This document shows positions 41,600 to 49,657 of a DNA stretch of 64,000 nt, in pieces. The notes below the pieces were generated by a model. The model was not told the origin of the DNA and did not search any database. It saw only the letters and a list, made by a program, of their open reading frames with translations. The stretch is taken from the NCBI GenBank assembly GCA_913050015.1, contig CAJXAZ010000001.1:10912-74911 (forward strand), written 5' to 3'. The stretch's first letter is position 1. Each line of letters opens with the position of its first letter. Source of the DNA: an uncultured Gammaproteobacteria bacterium (GTDB lineage: Bacteria > Pseudomonadota > Gammaproteobacteria > Magnimaribacterales > D2472). The position numbers and the translations under genes were made by a program.

Positions 41600-41869
41600 A
41601 TGGCACTTTTAGCTCAAGAAAAAGAAAAAATCGTTGGAAAATTTCAAAGAACTGATAACGACACTGGATCCCCAGAGGTTCAAATTGCGTTGTTAACTGA
41701 AAATATCAATAAATTACAAAGTCATTTTAAAGAACATAAAAAAGACCACCATTCAAGAACAGGTTTAATCAGAATGGTAAATCTAAGAAGAAAACTTTTA
41801 GCCTATCTAAAGAGAAAAAATTTAGAAAGTTACGCAGAGGTTATTAAGCAATTAAAGCTTAGAGGTTAA
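41600..41869 (+). CDS. rpsO: 30S ribosomal protein S15
   Basis: 89 aa. Contains [34 protein letters not shown]. Confidence 0.97.
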   Translation: MALLAQEKEKIVGKFQRTDNDTGSPEVQIALLTENINKLQSHFKEHKKDHHSRTGLIRMVNLRRKLLAYLKRKNLESYAEVIKQLKLRG

Positions 41870-41892
41870 TATCAAACATAAAAAGGAAAATC

Positions 41893-44049
41893 GTGGAAAA
41901 TAATAAATTAGAATCTACATCAGTAGAATTTCAGTACGGAAATCAACTAGTAAAACTAGAGACAAATAAAGTTGCAAGACAAACGACTGCAGCAGTTGTC
42001 GTTACAATAGGTGACTTAGTTGTTTTAACAACTGTAGTTGCAAGAAAGGAAGCAGATCCTAAAAAGGACTTCTTTCCATTAGCAGTCTTTTATCAAGAAA
42101 AATTTTATGCAACAGGAACAATTCCTGGTGGATTTTTTAAAAGAGAAGCTCGACCAACAGAAAGAGAAACATTAACATCTAGGCTTATAGACAGACCAAT
42201 TAGACCTCTTTTCCCAGAAGGGTTTAAGAATGAGGTTCAAATATTCTGTACTGTAATGTCTTCAGGAAAAGAGCAAAACCCTGATATTGCATCAATGATA
42301 GGCGCATCTGCTGCACTATGTGTTGCCGGAGTTCCATTCGATGGACCAATGGGAGCGGCAAGAGTGGGCTTTGTAGATGGTAACTATGTTTTAAACCCAT
42401 CTTATGCTGAACTAGAAAATTCATATTTAGATATGGTAGTAGCTGGAACTGAGAAAGCTGTTCTTATGGTAGAGTCAGAAGCTAAAGAGCTTAATGAAGA
42501 TTTAATGTTAGGAGCTGTCCTATTCGGACATCAGGAAATGCAAGCAGTTGTAAAGGCCTGTACTGAATTAAAGCAAAAAGCAGGTAAAGAAGATTGGGTT
42601 GTTAAAGTAGATGAAGAAACACCAGTTTACTCTGCAGAACTTTCTGAGAAATATACAGATCAAATTACTGCAGCGTTCGCTATCAAAGATAAAACTGAAA
42701 GAACGGCTGCAATAGGCGTCATAAAACAAGACATAGTTAGCTCATATCCTGATGCTGATGATATTCAACTAGGAAAGGTCTTAGGTGCATTTAAAAGTCT
42801 TGAAAAGGATATAGTAAGAAAAAATATTTTAAGTAATCAGCCTAGAATAGATGGAAGAGATGCAGACACAGTAAGACCAATATTTATTGAGACTGGGATC
42901 CTTCCAAGTACTCATGGCTCATCATTATTTACTAGAGGAGAAACTCAAGCGATTGTTGTTGCAACCTTAGGATCATCTAGAGATGCTCAAAGAATTGAGT
43001 CTATAGAAGGTCAAAGTACTGATAACTTTATGCTTCATTACAACTTCCCTGCATATAGTGTTGGTGAAATTGGAATGCCTTTAGGACCAAAAAGAAGAGA
43101 GATTGGTCACGGTAACTTAGCTAAAAGAGCAATAAAAGCAGTTCTACCTGATGTAGAAGATTTTGGTTATACATTAAGAGTGGTATCTGAGATTACTGAA
43201 TCAAATGGTTCTAGTTCTATGGCTTCTGTTTGCGGTACATCTTTATCACTAATGGATGCAGGCGTACCAATATCTAGTCCAGTTGCAGGTATTGCAATGG
43301 GTCTTATTAAGGAAGGTGATGATTTTGCTGTTCTTACAGATATTCTAGGAGATGAAGATCACCTAGGCGATATGGACTTCAAAGTAGCTGGAACAGAAAA
43401 TGGAATTACAGCTCTTCAAATGGATATTAAAATCCAAGGTATTGATGAAGCTATAATGGAAGCAGCATTAACAAAGGCGAAGGTAGCTATTACTCATATT
43501 CTTGGGATTATGAATGACGCTATTTCTAAGCCTAAAGAATTATCTGAAAATGCTCCTGCTATGAAAACATTCATGGTTAACAAGGATAAAATTAAAGAGA
43601 TTATTGGTAAAGGCGGCGCTGTAATCAAGGGTATGCAAGAAAAAACAGGTGCTACTGTTGATGTGAGTGATGATGGTACTGTTTCAGTATTTGGTCAAAA
43701 TCAAACATCAATGCAAGAATGTCTAGCAATCATTGAGGGTATATTAGAAGAACCAGAATTAAATAAGGTATACAAAGGAACTGTAGTCAAGATTGTAGAC
43801 TTCGGAGCATTTGTAAATATCCTACCTGGTAAAGATGGTCTTCTTCATATTTCTGAAATCTCAGCAGAGAGAACAGAAGATGTAAATGCTGTACTCTCTG
43901 AAGGTCAAGAACTTGATGTTAAGTTAATTGGTTTTGATAGAGGTAAGATGAAATTATCTCTTAAAGCATTAGCTAAAGCTGAAGAACCTGAAGTTAAAGC
44001 AGAGGAAACTGAAGAGGCTCCTCAAGAAGATCAAGAAGAACAAGAATAA
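41893..44049 (+). CDS. pnp: Polyribonucleotide nucleotidyltransferase (PNPase)
   Basis: GTG start 23 nt after rpsO. Two RNase PH domains, then KH and S1 domains and an acidic tail. Length 718 aa. Confidence 0.97.
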   Translation: MENNKLESTSVEFQYGNQLVKLETNKVARQTTAAVVVTIGDLVVLTTVVARKEADPKKDFFPLAVFYQEKFYATGTIPGGFFKREARPTERETLTSRLIDRPIRPLFPEGFKNEVQIFCTVMSSGKEQNPDIASMIGASAALCVAGVPFDGPMGAARVGFVDGNYVLNPSYAELENSYLDMVVAGTEKAVLMVESEAKELNEDLMLGAVLFGHQEMQAVVKACTELKQKAGKEDWVVKVDEETPVYSAELSEKYTDQITAAFAIKDKTERTAAIGVIKQDIVSSYPDADDIQLGKVLGAFKSLEKDIVRKNILSNQPRIDGRDADTVRPIFIETGILPSTHGSSLFTRGETQAIVVATLGSSRDAQRIESIEGQSTDNFMLHYNFPAYSVGEIGMPLGPKRREIGHGNLAKRAIKAVLPDVEDFGYTLRVVSEITESNGSSSMASVCGTSLSLMDAGVPISSPVAGIAMGLIKEGDDFAVLTDILGDEDHLGDMDFKVAGTENGITALQMDIKIQGIDEAIMEAALTKAKVAITHILGIMNDAISKPKELSENAPAMKTFMVNKDKIKEIIGKGGAVIKGMQEKTGATVDVSDDGTVSVFGQNQTSMQECLAIIEGILEEPELNKVYKGTVVKIVDFGAFVNILPGKDGLLHISEISAERTEDVNAVLSEGQELDVKLIGFDRGKMKLSLKALAKAEEPEVKAEETEEAPQEDQEEQE

Positions 44050-44072
44050 ACCACTTCTTAGAGTCTTATTTT

Positions 44073-44111
44073 AAAAATCCTAGAAAGTCAAATTTCTAGG
44101 ATTTTTTTTTT
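44073..44111 (+). terminator. Rho-independent terminator of the rpsO-pnp unit
   Basis: AAAAATCCTAGAAA-GTCAAA-TTTCTAGGATTTTT, a 14-bp stem with an ATCCTAGAAA/TTTCTAGGAT core, running into a 10-T tract. Read directly. Confidence 0.85.
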
Positions 44112-44191
44112 CACAAAATTTGCCCCTTTCAACAATATATGGTCTTATATAGGCTGTAAATCATAAATAAATACCTGTAGGGGGGAATATT

Positions 44192-44407
44192 ATGGATAAT
44201 GCATGGAAGATGATAGGCGACTTAGTTAGTAATTTAACTAGTGTCATAGTTGGAATTTTAGGACTAGGAATTGTCGGAAGCTTAGCTTTTGGCGACATGC
44301 TAGGACTTGACGTAATTGGTAATATAACGGCTCTTGTTGAAACGTTAGCTACTAATGGCGTTGTTGGACTTCTTGTTCTAGCAGTTCTTATGAGCCTAGT
44401 TAAGTAA
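44192..44407 (+). CDS. Small two-helix membrane protein (71 aa), family unknown
   Basis: G-rich SD (GGGGGG) 7 nt upstream of the ATG. Two hydrophobic helices (VIVGILGLGIVGSLAFG and VVGLLVLAVLMSLV) flank an acidic loop. Followed by a perfect 11-bp terminator. Paralogous to the next ORF. Confidence 0.65.
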   Translation: MDNAWKMIGDLVSNLTSVIVGILGLGIVGSLAFGDMLGLDVIGNITALVETLATNGVVGLLVLAVLMSLVK

Positions 44408-44420
44408 TACTTAACAAACT

Positions 44421-44455
44421 GTTAAGAAGGGCTTAGACCCTTCTTAACTTTTTTT
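44421..44455 (+). terminator. Rho-independent terminator after the first small membrane-protein gene
   Basis: GTTAAGAAGGG-CTTAGA-CCCTTCTTAAC, a perfect 11-bp stem, followed by TTTTTTT. Read directly. Confidence 0.85.
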
Positions 44456-44465
44456 AAATAAAAAT

Positions 44466-44699
44466 ATGAATTTTAAAGTCACACTAACAAGTCTCACAAC
44501 ATTTCTTAATAAAGTAACAAAACTATTAATACCTTTGGTTTTAGTTTCATTGCTTCTAGGTATTATTTTTGGAACAGAGACTCCTTTTGTAGGAGATGTA
44601 TATAAGAATGTAACTGATATTTTAAATATGCTTGGAGAGGATGCTCTTCTTGCCTTAATATCACTAGTTATAATTCTTTCATATCTTAAAAAAGACTAA
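44466..44699 (+). CDS. Small two-helix membrane protein (77 aa), paralogue of 44192..44407
   Basis: Same architecture as the first ORF (LLIPLVLVSLLLGIIFG, acidic loop, LLALISLVIILSYL, then KKD). Shares the FG and DV-xx-N-[IV]-T blocks with it. No obvious SD. An uninterrupted 77-codon ORF in AT-rich spacer. Confidence 0.5.
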   Translation: MNFKVTLTSLTTFLNKVTKLLIPLVLVSLLLGIIFGTETPFVGDVYKNVTDILNMLGEDALLALISLVIILSYLKKD

Positions 44700-44723
44700 G
44701 CTAAATTTACTTTTTGCTTAGAT

Positions 44724-44744
44724 AAAAAAGATCCCATCTTTTTT
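44724..44744. terminator. AT-rich perfect hairpin (AAAAAAGAT-CCC-ATCTTTTTT); possible bidirectional terminator
   Basis: 9-bp perfect stem flanked by A and T tracts, so it reads the same on both strands. It lies between the converging small-protein genes and the tRNA-Met end of the minus-strand cluster. The weak A/T stem keeps confidence low. Confidence 0.35.
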
Positions 44745-44804
44745 AACCTCATAACTATATTAAAAACGAAGTCCCAAGGGCTTTTTTATTTTATATCTAA
44801 GTAA

Positions 44805-44881
44805 TGGTGGTTGTGGGTGGACTTGAACCACCGACCCCGGCATTATGAATGCCGTGCTCTAACCAGCTGAGCTACACAACC
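44805..44881 (-). tRNA. tRNA-Met (anticodon CAT), elongator-like
   Basis: The reverse complement is GGTTGTG-TA-GCTC-AGCTGGTTA-GAGC-A-CGGCA-TTCATAA-TGCCG-GGGTC-GGTGG-TTCAAGT-CCACC-CACAACC-ACCA, a fully paired cloverleaf. It resembles E. coli elongator Met more than Ile2, but a lysidine-modified tRNA-Ile2 cannot be excluded by eye. Confidence 0.85.
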
Positions 44882-44938
44882 AATCGTAGAATGATAAGTC
44901 CTAGATTCTAAGAGTCAATATTTTTTTATTAAATTAGT

Positions 44939-46027
44939 TTAAACATTAAATTTAAAGTGAATAACATCTCCATCCTTAACGATGTACTCTTTTCCTTCAA
45001 GCCTAAGTTTTCCTTTTTCTTTTGCACCTGACTCGCCATTACATTCAATATAATCATTGAACGCAATTATCTCAGCTTTAATAAACCCTCTTTCAAAATC
45101 AGTATGAATTACACCAGCTGCATTAGGAGCTGTAGCATTACTTTTAATTGTCCATGCTCGTATCTCCTGAGGTCCTGCAGTGAAATATGTTTGCAACCCT
45201 AGAATTTCATACCCTTTAAAGATAATCTTGTTTAGAACAGGCTCATCCATCTCCATGAGCTCTAAGTATTCGTTCCTTTCTGCATCATCTAGTAATGATA
45301 TTTCTTGCTCAATCTTTATGGATGTTGGTATTACTGTACTTCCAGATTTTTTTGCAAATTCTTCAAGATCATTTAATTTTTTTGTTGAAGATCCATCATC
45401 TGATATATTTGCAATATAAAAAGTTGGCTTAGAACTAAGTAGTTGATAACTATTAAGTACAATTTTACTCTCTTCATCAAAATCATTAATATTTATTAAG
45501 TTCCCTTGATCTAATTCACTTTTAATTTTTACTAAAACTTCATGTTCTAATTTATTTTTCTTATCATTTGTCTTCAGAAGCTTTTCACATTTTGTTAATC
45601 TTTTAGTTACAGTCTCTAGATCTGAAAATATTAACTCTAAGTTAATTATTTCAGCATCCCTTATAGGATCAATTGAGCCATCTACATGTGTTACGTTATC
45701 ATCATCGAAGCATCTAACTACATGAGCAAGAGCGTTCATTTCTCTTATATTTGAAAGAAAGGCATTGCCTAGACCTTCTCCTTTAGAAGCTCCTTTAACT
45801 AAGCCAGCAATATCAACAAGATCTAAACTTGCTGGAATAATTTTCTTTGAATCAACAATATCATTAATATTTTTTAATCTTTTGTCTGGAAGAGCTACCT
45901 TGCCAACATTTGGCTCTATGGTGCAAAAGGGAAAATTTTCTGCTGGTATTGAGGATTTTGTTAATGCATTAAATAAAGTAGATTTTCCAACATTCGGAAG
46001 CCCAACTATCCCACATTTGAAACCCAT
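44939..46027 (-). CDS. ychF: Ribosome-binding ATPase YchF
   Basis: Contains GIVGLPNVGKSTLFNALT, a TGS-like C-terminus and a 362 aa length. pth-ychF adjacency is conserved. Confidence 0.95.
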   Translation of the reverse strand: MGFKCGIVGLPNVGKSTLFNALTKSSIPAENFPFCTIEPNVGKVALPDKRLKNINDIVDSKKIIPASLDLVDIAGLVKGASKGEGLGNAFLSNIREMNALAHVVRCFDDDNVTHVDGSIDPIRDAEIINLELIFSDLETVTKRLTKCEKLLKTNDKKNKLEHEVLVKIKSELDQGNLININDFDEESKIVLNSYQLLSSKPTFYIANISDDGSSTKKLNDLEEFAKKSGSTVIPTSIKIEQEISLLDDAERNEYLELMEMDEPVLNKIIFKGYEILGLQTYFTAGPQEIRAWTIKSNATAPNAAGVIHTDFERGFIKAEIIAFNDYIECNGESGAKEKGKLRLEGKEYIVKDGDVIHFKFNV

Positions 46028-46028
46028 A

Positions 46029-46595
46029 TTATTTAGTGTGAAGCAATTTTTGTGCTTCAGGTATTTCTTCAGAGCATATCAAATCAAACGCTTGGGCAAA
46101 CTTACAGTAAGCATCTTCTAATAACTCTTTATCATTTGGATGAAATTTATTTAATACCCAATCACTTACCATATTCTTATCTCCGGGATGCCCAACACCT
46201 ATTCGAACTCTTAAAAATTTCTTTGAAGATGATTTTTCAAATATATCTCGTAGTCCATTGTGACCACCATGACCGCCATCTATCTTCAACCTAACCTCGC
46301 CAGGATTTAAATCTAAATCATCATGAAGTAATATTATTTTGTCCTCAGCTAGATTCATATTTTTCATTAGTTTTGATATCGTCTTACCACTATTATTTAC
46401 ATAGTTATCTGGAATGACCCATAGAATTTGTTCAGAGTGTGAATAGGCAATGTCAGCTTCTATTTTTGATTTATATACAAATTTATTACAGTAGATGGGA
46501 GCTATTTTTAAAAGCCAGTCTTTGCCAATATTATGCCTAGTATTGTCATATTTAGCTCCAGGGTTTCCTAGGCCAACAAAACAAAGTTTAGGCAC
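46029..46595 (-). CDS. pth: Peptidyl-tRNA hydrolase
   Basis: Contains GLGNPGAKYDNTRHNIG and GGHGGHNGLRDI. Length 188 aa. Confidence 0.95.
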   Translation of the reverse strand: MPKLCFVGLGNPGAKYDNTRHNIGKDWLLKIAPIYCNKFVYKSKIEADIAYSHSEQILWVIPDNYVNNSGKTISKLMKNMNLAEDKIILLHDDLDLNPGEVRLKIDGGHGGHNGLRDIFEKSSSKKFLRVRIGVGHPGDKNMVSDWVLNKFHPNDKELLEDAYCKFAQAFDLICSEEIPEAQKLLHTK

Positions 46596-46607
46596 TTTTT
46601 AGCTCTC

Positions 46608-47291
46608 TTAAGATCCTTCTTCTTCGCTACTGTCGCCATCTGATGTAGATTCATCAGAATCGCCAGATGAATCTTCAGCAGCTACTTCATCAACAGGCTC
46701 TTCAACCACTTCAGCTCTTGGAGCATTAACGGCAATAACCATTTGATCAGTTTCTTCTGTTAGACCTTGAATTTCAGCACCTTCAGGTAATTCAATTTCT
46801 GTAAGCTTGATGGATTGACCAAGCGCTAGCTCAGAAATATCGATATCAATAGATTCAGGTATATTACCTGCAAGACATAAGACCTCTATTTCTCTAATAT
46901 TTTTCTGAAGAACTCCGCCGTCATTTTTAACACCTGAACAGTCTTCTTCATTAGTGAAGTTAACTGGTATGACAACTTTAAGTTTAGTCTTCTTAGAAAC
47001 TCTTAAAAAGTCTGCATGAAGAAACCTACCTCTAGCAGGATCTTTTTGTAGTTCTTTTAGTACAACTTTTTCTTCTAGCTCACCAGTTTTAATTACTAAA
47101 ACCTGTGTATAAAAAAGCTCATTTTGAGATGCTTTCGTTAACTCATTTAGTCTAAGCTTTATATTTAGAGATTCTTTTTCATCTCCATAAATAATAGCTG
47201 GGATCATGCCATCTATTTTTCTTATTACTCTAGCCTTATTAGTTCCAGTTCTTTCTCTTGGATCGGCATTTAAAATTATTTCTTCACTCAT
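46608..47291 (-). CDS. rplY: 50S ribosomal protein L25 (long Ctc form) with acidic Ser/Asp/Glu tail
   Basis: Contains RTGTNKARVIRKIDGMIPAIIYG and two beta-barrel domains. Length 227 aa. prs-rplY-pth order as in Pseudomonas-type genomes. Confidence 0.9.
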   Translation of the reverse strand: MSEEIILNADPRERTGTNKARVIRKIDGMIPAIIYGDEKESLNIKLRLNELTKASQNELFYTQVLVIKTGELEEKVVLKELQKDPARGRFLHADFLRVSKKTKLKVVIPVNFTNEEDCSGVKNDGGVLQKNIREIEVLCLAGNIPESIDIDISELALGQSIKLTEIELPEGAEIQGLTEETDQMVIAVNAPRAEVVEEPVDEVAAEDSSGDSDESTSDGDSSEEEGS

Positions 47292-47300
47292 AATATCCTC

Positions 47301-48254
47301 TTATATAAATATTTCACTTAATGATTCTTCATTACTTAGTCTTTTAATGCACTCTGCAATAGTTACTGACAGCGAAATGACGCGTATTTTACTGCATTTT
47401 TCGCCTTCATGTGACAAAGGAATGGAATTAGTTACAACTAGTTCATCAATTTCTGAATTATTTATCCTTTCAATCGCAGGTCCTGAAAGTACAGGGTGTG
47501 TAATATATGCTTTAACTGCGGCAGCGCCTTGGTCTTTAAGGGCTTTTGCTGCATTGCACAAAGTACCAGCAGTATCAATAATGTCATCTGGAACTATACA
47601 AATCTTACCTTCAATATCACCTATTATATTCATAACTTCTGATTGATTCGCAACAGCTCTTCTTTTGTCAATAATTGCTAAGTCAGCATCATTTAGTTGC
47701 TTAGCAAGAGCTCTAGATCTTACAACACCTCCAACATCGGGTGAAACAACAACTATATTATTGTCTGGGTTGGTTTCTTTGATATCTTGAACCATCAACT
47801 TAGTTGCATATACATTATCAGCCGGCATATCGAAAAAGCCCTGAATAGTCTCTGAATGAAGATCAACGGTTAGAACTCTATCTATACCAACTGTGGAGAA
47901 CATATCAGCAACAACCTTTGCGCTTATGGGAACTCTTACAGATCTTACTCTTCTGTCCTGTCTAGCGTAGCCGTAATACGGAACTATCGCAGTTATCCTT
48001 GCAGCTGAAGATCTTTTGAGTGCATCAGCAAGAAACATTAATTCCATTAAATTTTTATTTGTAGGTGCGCAAGTAGATTGAATAATAAAGGTATCATGCC
48101 CTCTAACATTATCTTCAATTTGAACTTTTATCTCACCATCTGAGAAATAACCAACATCAGCTTTAGATAGCTCCTTACCGAGCACCTTGCATACCTCAGC
48201 AGCAAGCTCAGGGTTAGCAGTTCCTGTAAATATATCTAAATTACTGTAGCTCAT
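47301..48254 (-). CDS. prs: Ribose-phosphate pyrophosphokinase
   Basis: Contains [21 protein letters not shown] and the PRPP loop [11 protein letters not shown]. Length 317 aa. The GAGAGGA SD lies just downstream of the tRNA-Gln 3' end. Confidence 0.96.
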   Translation of the reverse strand: MSYSNLDIFTGTANPELAAEVCKVLGKELSKADVGYFSDGEIKVQIEDNVRGHDTFIIQSTCAPTNKNLMELMFLADALKRSSAARITAIVPYYGYARQDRRVRSVRVPISAKVVADMFSTVGIDRVLTVDLHSETIQGFFDMPADNVYATKLMVQDIKETNPDNNIVVVSPDVGGVVRSRALAKQLNDADLAIIDKRRAVANQSEVMNIIGDIEGKICIVPDDIIDTAGTLCNAAKALKDQGAAAVKAYITHPVLSGPAIERINNSEIDELVVTNSIPLSHEGEKCSKIRVISLSVTIAECIKRLSNEESLSEIFI

Positions 48255-48276
48255 TTATATTAGATCCTCTCTAATA

Positions 48277-48351
48277 TGGTTGGGGTGGAAGGATTCGAAC
48301 CTACGCATGACTGGATCAAAACCAGTTGCCTTACCGCTTGGCTACACCCCA
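48277..48351 (-). tRNA. tRNA-Gln (anticodon TTG)
   Basis: The reverse complement is TGGGGTG-TA-GCCAAGCGGTAAGGCA-ACTGG-TTTTGAT-CCAGT-CATGC-GTAGG-TTCGAAT-CCTTC-CACCCCA-ACCA. It has the U1-A72 pair and a D arm identical to E. coli tRNA-Gln (from memory). There is one T-T mismatch in the T stem. Confidence 0.85.
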
Positions 48352-49169
48352 AAGTTATCCAAACTCTCTAAACGCGAATATTGTAATGGTTTAGCTAAAA
48401 AGAATCTCCACTTAGAAGGAATTATTTTCAAAATTTTTCTCATTTCAATATCACTTGTATATTTTATAAACATTGAAGAGCCACTTCCAGAAAGGCATAT
48501 TTCATGTTTTTTAATATTCTTTTGATAAAATTCTTCAATTGACTTGTTTTTTTCAATAAATATATTCCAGAAGGAATTTTGTTCAGAAATTAGAGCATTA
48601 GAGCTACCTGCTTCCCAATTATCATATTGATCAAACATTTCTTTTGATGAATTGAAAATCATAGGATCAATAATTACAACTTTTTCCGATATTGAATCTT
48701 TTGGAATAAAAATATCTCCAATACCTCTAGCATAGGCATTTTTACCTTTAATAAAGAATGGAACATCTGCGCCTATTGTTCTCCCTATATCAGTCATTTT
48801 TTTTTCATCTAAATTCATATTCCAAATCTTATTAAGGGCCAATATCGTTGTAGCTGCATTTGAGCTCCCACCTCCTAATCCAGCTCCTATAGGAATATTT
48901 TTCTTTACACTAATATTTACACCATGATTACTATTTACGATGTCTTGCATGGCCTTGGCTGCTTTAAAAATAATGTTATTTTCTGGAGCTATTGATGCTT
49001 CATCGCAACTAACAGAGATGCGGTCTGGGCAATCGCTAAAAACTAAGTCATCACATAAATCAATAAGTTGAAAAGAGGTATCTAACTCATGATAGCCATT
49101 GGAAAGTTTCCTTAGTATCTTTAAATGGAGATTAATTTTTGCGGGAGATTTAATAGTTATATCTTTCAT
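48342..49169 (-). CDS. ispE: 4-diphosphocytidyl-2-C-methyl-D-erythritol kinase
   Basis: GHMP kinase motif PIGAGLGGGSSNAA. Length 275 aa. The last 3 codons and the stop lie inside the tRNA-Gln 5' acceptor stem. Confidence 0.92.
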   Translation of the reverse strand: MKDITIKSPAKINLHLKILRKLSNGYHELDTSFQLIDLCDDLVFSDCPDRISVSCDEASIAPENNIIFKAAKAMQDIVNSNHGVNISVKKNIPIGAGLGGGSSNAATTILALNKIWNMNLDEKKMTDIGRTIGADVPFFIKGKNAYARGIGDIFIPKDSISEKVVIIDPMIFNSSKEMFDQYDNWEAGSSNALISEQNSFWNIFIEKNKSIEEFYQKNIKKHEICLSGSGSSMFIKYTSDIEMRKILKIIPSKWRFFLAKPLQYSRLESLDNFGV

Positions 49170-49657
49170 AAACTTTCAAGGAAACTTTTCACTTCATAGT
49201 CCTTGTATCTAATGTTAAAAGTTATCTTTTTATCTTTCTTGAAACAGTCAATGTAGAGTTCTTTTGGCTTAATTAATTTTTTTAATGGATCATAATTGCC
49301 TGAAAGGCATTCAAATATAATTTTTTGAAAATACGGACCATGATTAACTAAGCTTTCTTCAAGAAAGTTACTTTTAATTTTATAGCTGCTGGAAGCCTCT
49401 TTATTAGCATTTAGCTCAATATTTGCTACATTTCCAATAAAGGCTTTGTTAACCTGTATAATAGTCAAACTCTTATTGGATATAACTTTGAGGTTAAATG
49501 AACTGTTTTGGTAATTTTCTGAATTAATCATAACTTTGCCACTATATTCATTTATCAAACCACTACTAGTAGGGTAAATACTTGCACATGAATAAAATAA
49601 ACCACTTAAAAGTAATACAAAAAATTTATTAAAAATGGAATTACAGCTATTTGGCAT
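49166..49657 (-). CDS. lolB: Probable outer-membrane lipoprotein LolB
   Basis: Conserved position upstream of ispE and divergent from hemA. Signal peptide with a lipobox-like LFYSC. Length 163 aa. Sequence similarity to E. coli LolB could not be verified by eye. Confidence 0.55.
   Translation of the reverse strand: MPNSCNSIFNKFFVLLLSGLFYSCASIYPTSSGLINEYSGKVMINSENYQNSSFNLKVISNKSLTIIQVNKAFIGNVANIELNANKEASSSYKIKSNFLEESLVNHGPYFQKIIFECLSGNYDPLKKLIKPKELYIDCFKKDKKITFNIRYKDYEVKSFLESL

Noticed and set aside
44050-44938. Possibility that the pnp-to-tRNA-Met gap is an integrated mobile element or prophage remnant
   Set aside because: There is no integrase, transposase or phage gene. I found no direct repeat of the tRNA 3' end at the far border, only a 6-nt AACCAC match near 44051, which is not significant. 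The small-protein pair is kept as a finding, but not as a mobile element.
45765-46294. Plus-strand ORFs of 118 aa and 80 aa, antisense to ychF and pth
   Set aside because: They are shadow ORFs of conserved minus-strand genes, with no RBS or motifs.
46608-46700. Acidic low-complexity C-terminal tails on L25 (EEPVDEVAAEDSSGDSDESTSDGDSSEEEGS) and on PNPase (43980..44049)
   Set aside because: Long-form Ctc/L25 and PNPase commonly carry variable acidic tails. These are not evidence of a fusion or a separate element.
47206-47646. 146-aa plus-strand ORF spanning the rplY/prs junction
   Set aside because: It is antisense to two strongly supported genes and crosses their intergenic gap. The sequence has no recognisable fold or signal.
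48280-48525. 81-aa plus-strand ORF starting inside tRNA-Gln
   Set aside because: Its first 70 nt are the antisense of a tRNA and the rest is antisense to ispE. It is an artefact.
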